A DNA stretch of 32,000 nucleotides, from assembly GCF_000039765.1 (NCBI RefSeq), contig NC_004459.3, forward strand, positions 2,091,127-2,123,126. The letters run 5' to 3'. The notes beneath the pieces are model-generated. The model worked only from the letters and a program-made list of their open reading frames with translations, searched no databases and was not told where the DNA came from. A program made the position numbers and the translations under genes. Source of the DNA: Vibrio vulnificus CMCP6 (lineage in GTDB: Bacteria; Pseudomonadota; Gammaproteobacteria; Enterobacterales; Vibrionaceae). This document shows positions 1 to 9,875 of this stretch, one piece after another. Positions within the stretch are counted from its first letter, which is position 1. Each line of letters starts with the position of its first letter.

Positions 1-298
1 CAATATCAAAACCGAGGAACTGAAGGCGACGCTGATCAACCTGGGTAGATTCATCCGCATCGAGCATGCGGAAAGACTCTTGCATTGCATGGTACATTTC
101 CATCACATCGATAATTTCTTTACAAAGTGCTTCAGTGATGCAGCCGTAATCTTTGTTCAACTCACGCATTTGCAGCTCATAGCCACGCTCAACGATGGTC
201 TGAAAACGTTGATATTTTTCGGCATTTTCAGGGTCGAGCTGAGACATCAACTTGTACTGGTTGGATAGGATCAATCGTTGTGCATTCGACATTTCCAT
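1..298 (-). CDS. yfbU: YfbU family protein, 5' part only (gene runs off the left edge of the window)
   Basis: Reverse-strand translation from ATG at 298: [52 protein letters not shown]...[19 protein letters not shown], which matches the remembered YfbU N-terminus. Confidence 0.88.
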   Translation of the reverse strand, partial: MEMSNAQRLILSNQYKLMSQLDPENAEKYQRFQTIVERGYELQMRELNKDYGCITEALCKEIIDVMEMYHAMQESFRMLDADESTQVDQRRLQFLGFDI

Positions 299-424
299 GG
301 TGACCTCACTATATATTCTCTAATTGTGTTGTTGACGTTAGGTTAGCGGAACATCACACGATGAAACATGATCTCAACACAGTTTTAATGGGAAAAATGG
401 AAAATTTGTTTGTTGATCTGAGCA

Positions 425-1099
425 CTATTTTCGGTAGTGGTTGTAAATGTAATCACGGTCTGAAAAGACGCGTAGCCACTCTGGTTTAAAGACGCAGAGC
501 ACGGCCAAAGACATCCCATTGAGTAGCGCTTCAGGAAAGGCGAGCAGAGGCATAAAAATGAAATAGTTGTGCCATATGGTTTGCCAGTCGTAATGGCCAA
601 CATAGAGATGATAAAGGGCATTAATGAGAAGGTGAACGCTGCCAGTCAGCCCTGCGTTGAAAAAACCAGCAATAAAAATAAACACAAAGATGTTTCTCGG
701 CAAATAGTGATAGCTGAGTACGAAAACCGCGTAAGAAAACAGAATTGGGGTGAGGGAAGAGAGGAGAATCGTACTTGGCAACTGCTGTATCGTTAGATCA
801 CCAAATGCGATGAGTAACGCGTAGACAGGAAGAGTGAGCAAAAATGCCATTCTCCAGCCGAACATCATGGTGAGCGTGGTCAGTGCAAGAAAATGGATGT
901 ATAACCCTTCTTTGACTCCTGCTTGAGCATTCCAAAGCAAAAATAGCAGCAACATCACTGCAAACGTCATGTGTTGGAAAGGCTTGTCTGCCACTAGCTT
1001 CGGGAGAAAGGTTTTGAGGAAGTCATCTTTGCAACCAAACCCAATCACCAGCAAGATAACGCCTAAGCAAAGAAAGGCAAATACATCCATGTCATTCAT
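425..1099 (-). CDS. Integral membrane protein resembling an energy-coupling-factor transporter permease (CbiM-like)
   Basis: Hydrophobic multi-TM ORF. The track starts it at a GTG (1123) inside a terminator-like hairpin; ATG at 1099 (MNDMDVFAFL) or 1090 is more plausible. Confidence 0.6.
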   Translation of the reverse strand: MNDMDVFAFLCLGVILLVIGFGCKDDFLKTFLPKLVADKPFQHMTFAVMLLLFLLWNAQAGVKEGLYIHFLALTTLTMMFGWRMAFLLTLPVYALLIAFGDLTIQQLPSTILLSSLTPILFSYAVFVLSYHYLPRNIFVFIFIAGFFNAGLTGSVHLLINALYHLYVGHYDWQTIWHNYFIFMPLLAFPEALLNGMSLAVLCVFKPEWLRVFSDRDYIYNHYRK

Positions 1100-1109
1100 A
1101 CCTGTAGAT

Positions 1110-1138
1110 AAAACAATACCCACTTAAAGTGGGTATTG
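1110..1138 (-). terminator. Rho-independent terminator of pflA
   Basis: Perfect 10-bp stem CAATACCCAC (1114-1123) / GTGGGTATTG (1129-1138), loop TTAAA, followed on the minus strand by TTTT. It lies 17 nt past the pflA stop. Confidence 0.65.
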
Positions 1139-1155
1139 AATAACGAATACGGTGC

Positions 1156-1896
1156 TTAGTATTTCACATTGCTATGGTATTGCGAAAGGATAGAAACAAT
1201 ATTATCCATCGTCTCTTTTGGTGGTGGGTTCACCCCTTCCAGTGGATACTCTAGACCCAACGCTTCCCATTTGTGAGCACCAAGCTTATGGTAAGGAAGC
1301 AATTCGACCTTCTCGATGTTGTCCATGTCTTTGATGAACTCGCCAAGCATATGAGCCGCTTCAGGATCATCCGTGTAACCCGGTACCACAACGTAGCGAA
1401 TCCACGTTGTTTGCCCAATCTTATGCAAGTAGCGAGCAAAATCGAGAGTACGACGGTTGGAAACGCCGATGAAATCATGATGGATTTCATCTTTCATGTG
1501 TTTGATATCGAGCATCACCAAATCGGTTGCTTCTAATACTTCGTCAACAACGTCAGTGTGCTTACGGATATAACCGTTGGTATCCAAACAAGTGTGAATA
1601 CCTTCAGCATGCGCCGCGCGGAATAGATCGCGCACGAATTCAGGTTGCAGCATCGCTTCGCCACCGGAACAAGTGATACCACCACCAGAGGCGTTCATAA
1701 AATGACGATAAGATTTCGCTTCCTTGATGATCTCTTCTACGGTGACCTCTTTACCGTCGTGCGTGTCCCATGTATCGCGGTTGTGGCAATACATACAACG
1801 CATCAGACAGCCCTGCATAAAAACAATAAAACGAATACCTGGTCCGTCAACCGTTCCGCAGGATTCAAAAGAGTGAATACGACCCGTTGTTGTCAT
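1156..1896 (-). CDS. pflA: Pyruvate formate-lyase 1-activating enzyme (radical SAM)
   Basis: 246 aa with [21 protein letters not shown]-like radical SAM CxxxCxxC ([17 protein letters not shown]) and [14 protein letters not shown]. Confidence 0.96.
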   Translation of the reverse strand: MTTTGRIHSFESCGTVDGPGIRFIVFMQGCLMRCMYCHNRDTWDTHDGKEVTVEEIIKEAKSYRHFMNASGGGITCSGGEAMLQPEFVRDLFRAAHAEGIHTCLDTNGYIRKHTDVVDEVLEATDLVMLDIKHMKDEIHHDFIGVSNRRTLDFARYLHKIGQTTWIRYVVVPGYTDDPEAAHMLGEFIKDMDNIEKVELLPYHKLGAHKWEALGLEYPLEGVNPPPKETMDNIVSILSQYHSNVKY

Positions 1897-2126
1897 GTCT
1901 AGCTCTCAATTCTTATCAAATTTCGGCTGTTATTTTATTACAAAAACTGGGGTTAAAACAGTATACAAAACACGGGAATCAGCGTCTGAGCAAGAAAAGT
2001 GACTTAGCATGATGAGAAAAACCTGATGGCAGGCTAATGACATTTGAGTTGATTGTGATTATTGTTATAAATGTAAACATAACGTTAATTATTACAATAA
2101 GAAAATGTGCTGTAGGGAATTAGACC

Positions 2127-4007
2127 ATGGATATGCTTGCGCTCTCTCAGAAACGTAAAATTCAGCTGTTTTTGAGTATTTTGACTTTGGGTTTTGTTGC
2201 TCTTGCTGCTTATACCTCTAACCAACTCACCTCATTGACCGATCAGTATTCGCAAAGTAGTCGAGTATCGACTGGGGCAGGGCAGATCGCTCAAACCCAA
2301 GTAGAGCTTTTACAGTTAACCGGGAAACTGGGTCAACTGACCGCCACTCAAGTGAATGCCATTCAAGCGGATGTGACGCATTTGGAGCAAAACGTTCGCC
2401 AAGCAGGTGAAACTCTCGTCCAGTTTGACCTCACTACACAAGCTGACAACATGCAGCAAGCGGTGAATGCGTTAGCCAAGTCGCTGGCTCCGTGGCTCAG
2501 CGTTAAATCAGAACTTGGTTTTAATGTTGATGAAGGCAAATTAGGCCAGCTAAAAGATCTGGCGAAGGTTATCGAACAGAAGATCGAAGAAACAGGCATG
2601 GTGACGATTAACTCCGACTTTCAAGCCATGATCAAAACCCAGCAAAATTACTTGTTGCAGCCAAATGAACAGAACATGAAATTGTTTAATCGTGCAATGG
2701 CGATGTTCGTTAACGTCTCAAACAGTTATGGCATGTTGGATATCTATGAGAAAGAGATCGAACAGTTTAAACAAACGTTTATTCGAGTCAGTGAGCTTTC
2801 TCAGCAATTGGGTGCGCTTGAACAGCAGTTGAAAAACAACCAGCGTGAGGCGATCAACTTAATCCAACAAGCTTCAGAGCAGTTGAATGCGGTCGCGGAC
2901 GATCAGCAACAGCGAGCCGCATCTTCTGCGAGTGAAACACAGTGGTCGGTATTGATCGCATTGGCGGCACTTGCGGTGTTTACCATCGTGATTTTCCTCA
3001 GCATCAGTGTGTCGCTAACCCGCTCACTTGACCGCATTAGCCAAGTGATTAAAGCCGTTTCCAATGGCGATTTGTCTCGCCGATTGACACTCAGTAGTAA
3101 CGCGAACGATGAGTTTAATCAGTTGTCCCAGTCGGTCAATGAGAGTTGTGAAAACCTCGGCAAACTTGTCTCTGAAGTGCAAGAAAGCAGTCATTCACTG
3201 GCTGGACATGCAGGAGAACTGCGAGTCGGGCTCGATAAATTCGCGCATCACCAAGGTGAGATCCTTGGCCAAACCCAACTGCTTGCCTCAGCAACCGAAG
3301 AGGTGAGCGTGACAACGCAAGAGGTGTCTAATTCACTGGAATTCGTGACCCAAATTAGTCGAGCGTCAAACCAAGCGGCAGAAGATGGCGGAAAAATCAT
3401 TTCAGAAGCGATTGGCTCACTTGAGCAAGTCGCACACATTCTCAACTCGGCGGCTGGACACATCAGTCAATTAGAAGAAGCGTCCTCAAAAATTGACTCG
3501 GTGATGGACATCATCAACGGCATCGCTGAACAGACTAACCTACTGGCACTCAACGCTGCCATAGAAGCCGCCCGTGCAGGGGAGCAAGGACGTGGTTTTG
3601 CTGTTGTAGCCGATGAAGTTCGTAGCCTCGCGGTCCGTACCGTCGATGCGGTGAGTGAAATCACTGGCACCATTCAAACCATGAAAAATGAAAGTGCTGA
3701 GGTTATCCAATACATCAGTAGCTCGGGTCAAACAATAGAAAAAGGCCAACAAAAAGGGCATGAAGCGATGGATGCGCTCAAACACATTACTGCCAAAGCC
3801 GATGAAGCTAACCATCAAACAGAGATTATTCTTTCATCGATCAAAGAACTGGCCACCACCAGTCAATCTATGGCAGATAGCATGACGCAAATCTCTCAAG
3901 CGATGCGTGAGCTGGAAAGTAACAATGGTGAGCTGCGAGACGTCAGCCAGCTTGTTGATGACAGTTCACGTCAGTTGAGTAATGAATGTCAAAAATTCAC
4001 GATTTGA
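2127..4007 (+). CDS. Methyl-accepting chemotaxis protein
   Basis: 626 aa. N-terminal TM, periplasmic helical region, second TM, HAMP, and the conserved signalling hairpin [50 protein letters not shown]. Confidence 0.95.
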   Translation: MDMLALSQKRKIQLFLSILTLGFVALAAYTSNQLTSLTDQYSQSSRVSTGAGQIAQTQVELLQLTGKLGQLTATQVNAIQADVTHLEQNVRQAGETLVQFDLTTQADNMQQAVNALAKSLAPWLSVKSELGFNVDEGKLGQLKDLAKVIEQKIEETGMVTINSDFQAMIKTQQNYLLQPNEQNMKLFNRAMAMFVNVSNSYGMLDIYEKEIEQFKQTFIRVSELSQQLGALEQQLKNNQREAINLIQQASEQLNAVADDQQQRAASSASETQWSVLIALAALAVFTIVIFLSISVSLTRSLDRISQVIKAVSNGDLSRRLTLSSNANDEFNQLSQSVNESCENLGKLVSEVQESSHSLAGHAGELRVGLDKFAHHQGEILGQTQLLASATEEVSVTTQEVSNSLEFVTQISRASNQAAEDGGKIISEAIGSLEQVAHILNSAAGHISQLEEASSKIDSVMDIINGIAEQTNLLALNAAIEAARAGEQGRGFAVVADEVRSLAVRTVDAVSEITGTIQTMKNESAEVIQYISSSGQTIEKGQQKGHEAMDALKHITAKADEANHQTEIILSSIKELATTSQSMADSMTQISQAMRELESNNGELRDVSQLVDDSSRQLSNECQKFTI

Positions 4008-4023
4008 TCTGACCTTGAAAAGC

Positions 4024-4057
4024 AAAAGCGGGATAACTCAATGATCCCGCTTTTTTT
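4024..4057 (+). terminator. Rho-independent terminator after the MCP gene
   Basis: AAAAGCGGGAT / ATCCCGCTTTT stem followed by a T run. Confidence 0.85.
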
Positions 4058-4089
4058 AAGTCGAACTTTTGGCGTTGGAAAACCTGTCG

Positions 4090-5070
4090 TTAGAAAAAGG
4101 CGTAGAGAGAGAGTGCACCATTGCCGTAGATTCGTTCTGGCGCTTCTTTGTATTCAGGGGTCTTAGCTGACAGCGCGAAACTCAAGCCAACACGACGGTT
4201 ATACAATGCCACACCCGCTACAGCAGTACTCTGCCAATGTTGCATGGTCACATCATATTGGTCGGAAGGCTCTGGCAATCCAGAGCGCTCACCTTCTAAT
4301 GTGATGTCATTAAAGCGATAACGAGTTGAAAGCCCGGTATAGACAAACCAACCGTATGGCGAATTCCCCATCATGCTCGCGTGAAAAGGATTCTCGGTTG
4401 AAATGCTTGCTGCACCAAGCGTATTGGCTAAATCTGAACCGTAGCGAAACATCACACCAGACGCGACATCTGTGCGGAAATTACCTGCGTTGGCCTCGAA
4501 AATATGACTCATTTCCCAATTCGACTCCGTGAGATTTGCAGAGCGCATCAGCAGGTCATGGCGTTGATAACCAACACTACCAGCAAAATAATCATCCACT
4601 TGATACTCCCAACCATTTGGATCCGTGGAGCCTGTAATGCTATGCACCAGCTTTTGCGCTTTTTCGGATAGCGCATTTTCGCCAGTGGTGCCTAATGTTA
4701 GGTTGTAACGCACGGCTTGTTGTGGATGGAGAGAAAGGTAGTTGAGCTCTGCGTGAAAGTAGCCCGCATAGGGGCGATCATTTGGAGTGGGGGTTGTCTG
4801 AGAAATATCAGAAGGGGTCCACATTTTGTGGCCAATGGAAAACTCCCACTTATCAATAGACCCACCTTGTTTATCCGCCAAACTCAAACGTTTGACTTGG
4901 TGTTCTGAACTTAGAGCTGGTGAGGCGTAAGCAAAGAAAATACCGTTGGTGTAATCTTGGTCTACGCCAAAAATACCATCGTTATCGAGACTGAACGAGG
5001 TTGTTGATTTGACCGAAGCAAAAGCCATCGGTGAGAGCAGCAATAAAAATAGGGACTTGGACAACTTCAT
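4090..5070 (-). CDS. LpxR-like (DUF2219) lipid A deacylase family outer-membrane protein
   Basis: 326 aa with signal peptide, SFSLDNDGIFGVDQDYTNGIFFAYASP, and NDRPYAGYFHAELNYL motifs, C-terminal aromatic residue (ALSLYAFF). Confidence 0.82.
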   Translation of the reverse strand: MKLSKSLFLLLLSPMAFASVKSTTSFSLDNDGIFGVDQDYTNGIFFAYASPALSSEHQVKRLSLADKQGGSIDKWEFSIGHKMWTPSDISQTTPTPNDRPYAGYFHAELNYLSLHPQQAVRYNLTLGTTGENALSEKAQKLVHSITGSTDPNGWEYQVDDYFAGSVGYQRHDLLMRSANLTESNWEMSHIFEANAGNFRTDVASGVMFRYGSDLANTLGAASISTENPFHASMMGNSPYGWFVYTGLSTRYRFNDITLEGERSGLPEPSDQYDVTMQHWQSTAVAGVALYNRRVGLSFALSAKTPEYKEAPERIYGNGALSLYAFF

Positions 5071-5244
5071 ACTAAATCCGTGTTTTTGGCGACATCATAC
5101 AGCAAAAGCGTCTCTCTGAGCGAAAATATATCGTCAATTATAGTTGGAATAATGATTTGACCATGACTCGCTGAAGAAAACCATTTTCTATGACAGAGTG
5201 AGCGAGCGAGGAAGGAAGAAAGTAAGGTAGGAGGTTCTACTCCC

Positions 5245-5280
5245 AAAAAAATAAAAAACCGGCAACTGAGTGCCGGTTTT
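5245..5280 (-). terminator. Rho-independent terminator of pflB
   Basis: Stem AAAACCGGCA (5255-5264) / TGCCGGTTTT (5271-5280), loop ACTGAG, with an A-rich tract on the + strand that is a U tract on the minus-strand transcript. Confidence 0.85.
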
Positions 5281-5297
5281 GCTAACTGAGCTCTAGA

Positions 5298-7574
5298 TTA
5301 TAGAGATTCAGTGAAAGTACGTGCGATAACGTCAGCTTGTTGCTCTGCAGTTAGAGAGTTAAAGCGAACTGCGTATCCAGATACACGGATAGTTAGCTGA
5401 GGGTACTTCTCTGGGTGCTTAACTGCGTCTAGAAGCGTGTCACGGTTTAGAACGTTTACGTTCAAGTGTTGACCGCCTTCGATGCCAGCTTCGTGGTGGA
5501 AGTAACCATCCATCAGACCAGCAAGGTTAGCGCGTTGAGCGTTCTCATCTTTACCAAGTGCGTTAGGTACGATAGAGAAGGTGTAAGAGATACCGTCTTT
5601 CGCGTGAGCAAATGGTAGTTTACCTACTGAAGTTAGAGACGCTACAGCACCTTTCTCATCACGACCGTGCATTGGGTTTGCACCTGGTGCAAATGGAGCA
5701 CCTGCGCGACGACCGTCTGGCGTATTACCTGTCTTCTTACCGTATACCACGTTTGATGTGATAGTTAGGATAGACTGAGTAGGAACAGCATCACGGTAAG
5801 TCTTAAGCTTACGGATCTTGTTCATGAACACTTCAACAAGTTCACAAGCGATGTCATCTACGCGAGCATCGTTGTTACCGAATTTAGGGTAGTCGCCTTC
5901 GATTTCGAAGTCGATAGCTACGCCATCTTCGTCACGGATTGGTTTCACTTTCGCGTACTTGATTGCAGATAGTGAGTCAGCTGCGATAGATAGACCAGCG
6001 ATACCACAAGCCATTGTGCGGTAAACATCACGATCGTGTAGTGCCATTAGTGCAGACTCATAGCTGTACTTGTCGTGCATGAAGTGGATTGCGTTTAGTG
6101 CAGCAACGTATTGCTTCGCTAGCCAGTCCATGAAGTGGTCTAGGTTGTTCCACACTTCGTCGAAGCTTAGGACTTCTGAAGTGATCTTAGGCATTACTGG
6201 GCCAACTTGCATTTTCAGCTTCTCATCAACACCACCGTTGATTGCGTAAAGCATCGTTTTTGCAAGGTTTGCACGAGCGCCGAAGAACTGCATTTGCTTA
6301 CCAACAACCATTGGAGATACACAACATGCGATTGCGTAGTCGTCAGAGTTCATGTCTGGACGCATTAGGTCGTCGTTTTCGTACTGGATTGAAGAAGTAT
6401 CGATAGATACTTTCGCACAGAACTTCTTGAAGCCTTCAGGTAGTTGCTCAGACCAAAGTACAGTGATGTTTGGCTCTGGAGAAGGACCCATTGTGTATAG
6501 GCTGTTTAGGAAACGGAAGTTTGAACGCGTTACTAGCGTACGACCGTCAAGACCCATACCACCCATAGATTCTGTTGCCCAGATTGGGTCGCCAGAGAAT
6601 AGATCATCGTACTCAGGAGTACGTAGGAAACGAACCATACGTAGTTTCATTACGAAGTGGTCGATCATTTCCTGAGCTTCAACTTCAGTGATCTTACCAG
6701 CAGCGATATCACGCTCGATGTACACGTCTAGGAACGTAGAAGTACGGCCTAGAGACATTGCAGCACCGTTTTGAGACTTAACAGCCGCTAGGTAGCCGAA
6801 GTAAGTCCATTGGATAGCTTCTTGTGCAGTTTCAGCTGGGCGAGAAATATCGTAACCGTATTTCGCTGCCATCACTTTCATTTGACCTAGAGCGCGGTGT
6901 TGCTCAGCAATCTCTTCACGAAGTTGCATAGTCATTTGAAGATCTTCACCGTTCTCAAAACGCTCTTGTAGAGACTTGAATTGAGCCAGTTTGTCCTTCA
7001 TTAGGAAGTCGATACCGTAAAGTGCAACACGACGGTAGTCACCGATGATACGACCACGGCCGTAAGCGTCTGGAAGACCAGTTAGAACACCAGACTTACG
7101 ACAAGCTAGGATATCTGGAGTGTAGATATCGAATACGCCAGCGTTGTGTGTTTTGCGGTATTCAGAGTAGATTTTAGAGATTTGAGGATCGAGTTCACGA
7201 CCGTAAACTTTACAAGAACCCTCAACCATGCGGATACCACCGTTAGGGATGATAGCGCGTTTTAGAGGTGCGTCAGTTTGTAGACCAACGATAGTCTCTA
7301 GATCTTTTTCAATGTAGCCTGCATCGTGAGCAGTGATGGTAGAGATTAGGTCAGTATCGAAATCAACTGGAGCGTGAGTTGAGTTCTCAATTTTGATACC
7401 TTCCATTACCTTAGCCCAAAGCTTGTTGGTTGCTTCAGTACCTTCAGAAACTAGGAAAGATTCGTCGCCTTCGTACGGAGTGTAGTTCTTCTGAATGAAA
7501 TCACGAACGTTTACTTCGTTTTGCCAGTCACCTGCTGCAAAACCTTCCCAAGCTTTAGCAAATTGCTCTGCCAT
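5298..7574 (-). CDS. pflB: Formate C-acetyltransferase (pyruvate formate-lyase)
   Basis: 758 aa with ACCVSPM active-site cysteines and the C-terminal glycyl-radical segment [15 protein letters not shown]. Confidence 0.98.
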   Translation of the reverse strand: MAEQFAKAWEGFAAGDWQNEVNVRDFIQKNYTPYEGDESFLVSEGTEATNKLWAKVMEGIKIENSTHAPVDFDTDLISTITAHDAGYIEKDLETIVGLQTDAPLKRAIIPNGGIRMVEGSCKVYGRELDPQISKIYSEYRKTHNAGVFDIYTPDILACRKSGVLTGLPDAYGRGRIIGDYRRVALYGIDFLMKDKLAQFKSLQERFENGEDLQMTMQLREEIAEQHRALGQMKVMAAKYGYDISRPAETAQEAIQWTYFGYLAAVKSQNGAAMSLGRTSTFLDVYIERDIAAGKITEVEAQEMIDHFVMKLRMVRFLRTPEYDDLFSGDPIWATESMGGMGLDGRTLVTRSNFRFLNSLYTMGPSPEPNITVLWSEQLPEGFKKFCAKVSIDTSSIQYENDDLMRPDMNSDDYAIACCVSPMVVGKQMQFFGARANLAKTMLYAINGGVDEKLKMQVGPVMPKITSEVLSFDEVWNNLDHFMDWLAKQYVAALNAIHFMHDKYSYESALMALHDRDVYRTMACGIAGLSIAADSLSAIKYAKVKPIRDEDGVAIDFEIEGDYPKFGNNDARVDDIACELVEVFMNKIRKLKTYRDAVPTQSILTITSNVVYGKKTGNTPDGRRAGAPFAPGANPMHGRDEKGAVASLTSVGKLPFAHAKDGISYTFSIVPNALGKDENAQRANLAGLMDGYFHHEAGIEGGQHLNVNVLNRDTLLDAVKHPEKYPQLTIRVSGYAVRFNSLTAEQQADVIARTFTESL

Positions 7575-7670
7575 GACATACCTACCTTTTTAGTAGAAAA
7601 AACACGTACTGTTGTGGCTGTTGAGCCAGCCATCCTCTCATTAAAGAGGAGCAGTACACTCTTATGAATA

Positions 7671-7717
7671 ACAATATGTATCGATTTGCGAACTGTTCAT
7701 AAAACGATACATATTGT
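7671..7717. promoter_or_regulatory. 47-bp near-perfect palindrome upstream of pflB (candidate operator or mRNA-leader hairpin)
   Basis: ACAATATGTATCG atttgc GAACTGTTC ataaaa CGATACATATTGT. The 13-bp outer arms are perfect and 20 of 23 pairs match around the centre at 7694. Confidence 0.5.
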
Positions 7718-7811
7718 CACTGAGTTTCATGTCTTGCCTTATTAACTTTCCTTCAGGGTATACTAAAATTTTTTTGCAAACCTTAAACTAAATCAATAAA
7801 AGCTAAAAAAA

Positions 7812-7848
7812 CTCAATAAAATTTGGGTGGTGACCAGCACCACCCAAA
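7812..7848 (-). terminator. Rho-independent terminator after the DUF3360 gene
   Basis: Perfect 11-bp stem TTTGGGTGGTG (7822-7832) / CACCACCCAAA (7838-7848), loop ACCAG, then a U-rich tract on the minus-strand transcript. Confidence 0.75.
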
Positions 7849-7862
7849 CTTTTTTTGAACGC

Positions 7863-9410
7863 TTATAGCCAAGCTTTGATGCCGTACTGGCTTTCTAGCA
7901 TACCAACTGCAAGCATAGCAACTAGACAGATAATAAGAACACCACCAGGAATCACTACTTTATCTACAAAAGATAGTTTAGATGCGCGCTCTTTGTCACC
8001 AATCAGACCATTATTATCTAGTAGCATGGTCAATGCCCAAGCTAGAACTGGGTTCACAACCGCAGAACCAAAGATACAGATACCCGCTGCTTGCGAATCT
8101 TTTGTGCTACGAACCATCTGCATACCCGCTTCAAGTAGAGGTAAGAATACACCTACTAATAGCGCACAACGCATTACTGGTGGCCATACCGCGACATCCA
8201 TTGGGAAGCCAAGAATCGCAATCGTCATTACCAAACAGCCTAGGATAATTGCACCACCAGGAATTGGACGCTTCGCAATCGCGGCTGGGATCATGTATGT
8301 ACCCCAAGACGATGTGATGTTACCGCCACCAAGTGCAGTACCCACCATTTGACGAATAGAACACATGGTCATGGTGTCATCGACATCCATCAGCACTTTT
8401 TCTGTCTTCTTAGGATAGTTCAATTCTTGGAAAATACGGTGACCAAGGAAATCTGGAGACCACATTGCTACCGCTAGAATCGCAAATGGTAGAGAAGCGA
8501 TAAAGTGTTGTAGCGTTGGTAGGCCAAGTTGCCAACCAGTCTCAGTGCTGCCCCACCAGTAAACTGGGTTCAGGTTAGGTAGGCCCATTTCCGTTTCGAA
8601 CTTAAGATCAAAACCTGCACCTAGCGCAAGTGCAATCACCAAGCCAGTAAACGCACACACAGGGATTGCCAGCCAACGTAGGTTGAGTTTAGCAAGCAGT
8701 GCGTAAATAACGATGTTAATGCCAAGCACAACCAAACCAATGTAGCCTAGGCTGCCAGCTGCAACGTCAGCAGATTGCAGGCCAACGGCCCATTCTTGAA
8801 TGGAGGTAATTTGACTCATCGTCCCGGTAAAACCGAGGAAGATCAACAAGCCACCTGCGGTACCTTCGGAGGTCAGGTTCACCAGTTTAGAACCACCTTT
8901 AAAGTAGCTCAGTAGGAGACCAAACACGCCAAGTAGAAGTGCCAATGCAAGAGGGTGAGCACCAGCGAGAGCAATCGCGCCGATAAGAGGGATCATTGGA
9001 CCGTGGTTACCGGCTAAGTTAGCTCGTGGGTTCACAAAGCCAGATGCGATAACACAGAAGAATAACGCTGGGAACAACATTTCCACACGCGCCACTTCGA
9101 TAGCAAATTCTTTACCTAAATTGATGTGGTCCCAAGCTTGGGTTAGACCGTCTGCCCAAGACATCATTACTGCAGAGTACATCGCGATAATACCGATAGT
9201 ACCAGCAAGCGCAGGAACAAGGTCCTCAAGTTCAAAACGGAAGTCACGACCAGGAAGGTTCAAACCGAAACGGCGCGGTTTCATAATTTGCAGTTCGTGG
9301 TCTAGGTAGTCTGAGCGGCTGGCAAATTCAGAAGCTGGACGATGAAGCTCACTGTAGCTCTTCGTTTCAATATCTGAATCAGAATGCACTTTATTCACTG
9401 CGTCTGACAT
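7863..9410 (-). CDS. DUF3360-type multi-TM permease-like protein
   Basis: 515 aa polytopic membrane protein (NHGPMIPLIGAIALAGAHPLALALLLG, LGGGNITSSWGTYMIPAAIAKRPIPGGAIILG). I recognise the family as the Vibrio DUF3360 family; substrate unknown. Confidence 0.75.
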   Translation of the reverse strand: MSDAVNKVHSDSDIETKSYSELHRPASEFASRSDYLDHELQIMKPRRFGLNLPGRDFRFELEDLVPALAGTIGIIAMYSAVMMSWADGLTQAWDHINLGKEFAIEVARVEMLFPALFFCVIASGFVNPRANLAGNHGPMIPLIGAIALAGAHPLALALLLGVFGLLLSYFKGGSKLVNLTSEGTAGGLLIFLGFTGTMSQITSIQEWAVGLQSADVAAGSLGYIGLVVLGINIVIYALLAKLNLRWLAIPVCAFTGLVIALALGAGFDLKFETEMGLPNLNPVYWWGSTETGWQLGLPTLQHFIASLPFAILAVAMWSPDFLGHRIFQELNYPKKTEKVLMDVDDTMTMCSIRQMVGTALGGGNITSSWGTYMIPAAIAKRPIPGGAIILGCLVMTIAILGFPMDVAVWPPVMRCALLVGVFLPLLEAGMQMVRSTKDSQAAGICIFGSAVVNPVLAWALTMLLDNNGLIGDKERASKLSFVDKVVIPGGVLIICLVAMLAVGMLESQYGIKAWL

Positions 9411-9621
9411 AGATTCCTCATATATTTAAAAAGTTAGTAATTCGATCTGAATTCTATAGTCCGCATCCTGCGGGTTCTTCCTGTTATAGCCGATGCTAGG
9501 TGTTAGGGTTATTGTCGCACGAATACCACGTGCCTAAGCATAGCTAAATTTCACTAATTTTGACGGCTGAGATCAGCCTCAACTTTACGGCCGAGTCTAG
9601 CAAGTTAACCCTTTGGGGTGA

Positions 9622-9635
9622 TTGATTTAGATCAC
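9622..9635. promoter_or_regulatory. Candidate FNR box (TTGATttagATCAC)
   Basis: 9 of 10 match to TTGAT-N4-ATCAA, in the divergent gap between the DUF3360 gene and the lipoprotein gene. Confidence 0.35.
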
Positions 9636-9875
9636 TTTAAGAAAAGATGTGAAAGAAAACTACAGAAAGTAGCTGGCATGCGAAAAGTCCTTGGTTTTTA
9701 TGTGTAATTTGCTTTCATAGCACGTCTGTTTTTAGAAAATTTAAAACAAATATGCGTCTAGGTGAACACTTCTGTTTGTATTGTGATCAGCAGTTAACAT
9801 AAGTTGGCGTTATTTTTGCAAGGATGCTGCCAGTGACTTTTAATTGGCGAAACTTTGCCGTATCAGGATGAGAGA

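Noticed and set aside
1100-1156. Cobalamin riboswitch ahead of the CbiM-like gene
   Set aside because: The space to pflA is too short, and the only structure is a simple 10-bp terminator hairpin.
6352-6675. 107-aa plus-strand ORF inside pflB
   Set aside because: Antisense to the core of pflB; compositional shadow only.
7855-8352. 165-aa plus-strand ORF antisense to the DUF3360 gene
   Set aside because: Shadow ORF on the opposite strand of a strongly supported coding gene, with no SD or family resemblance.
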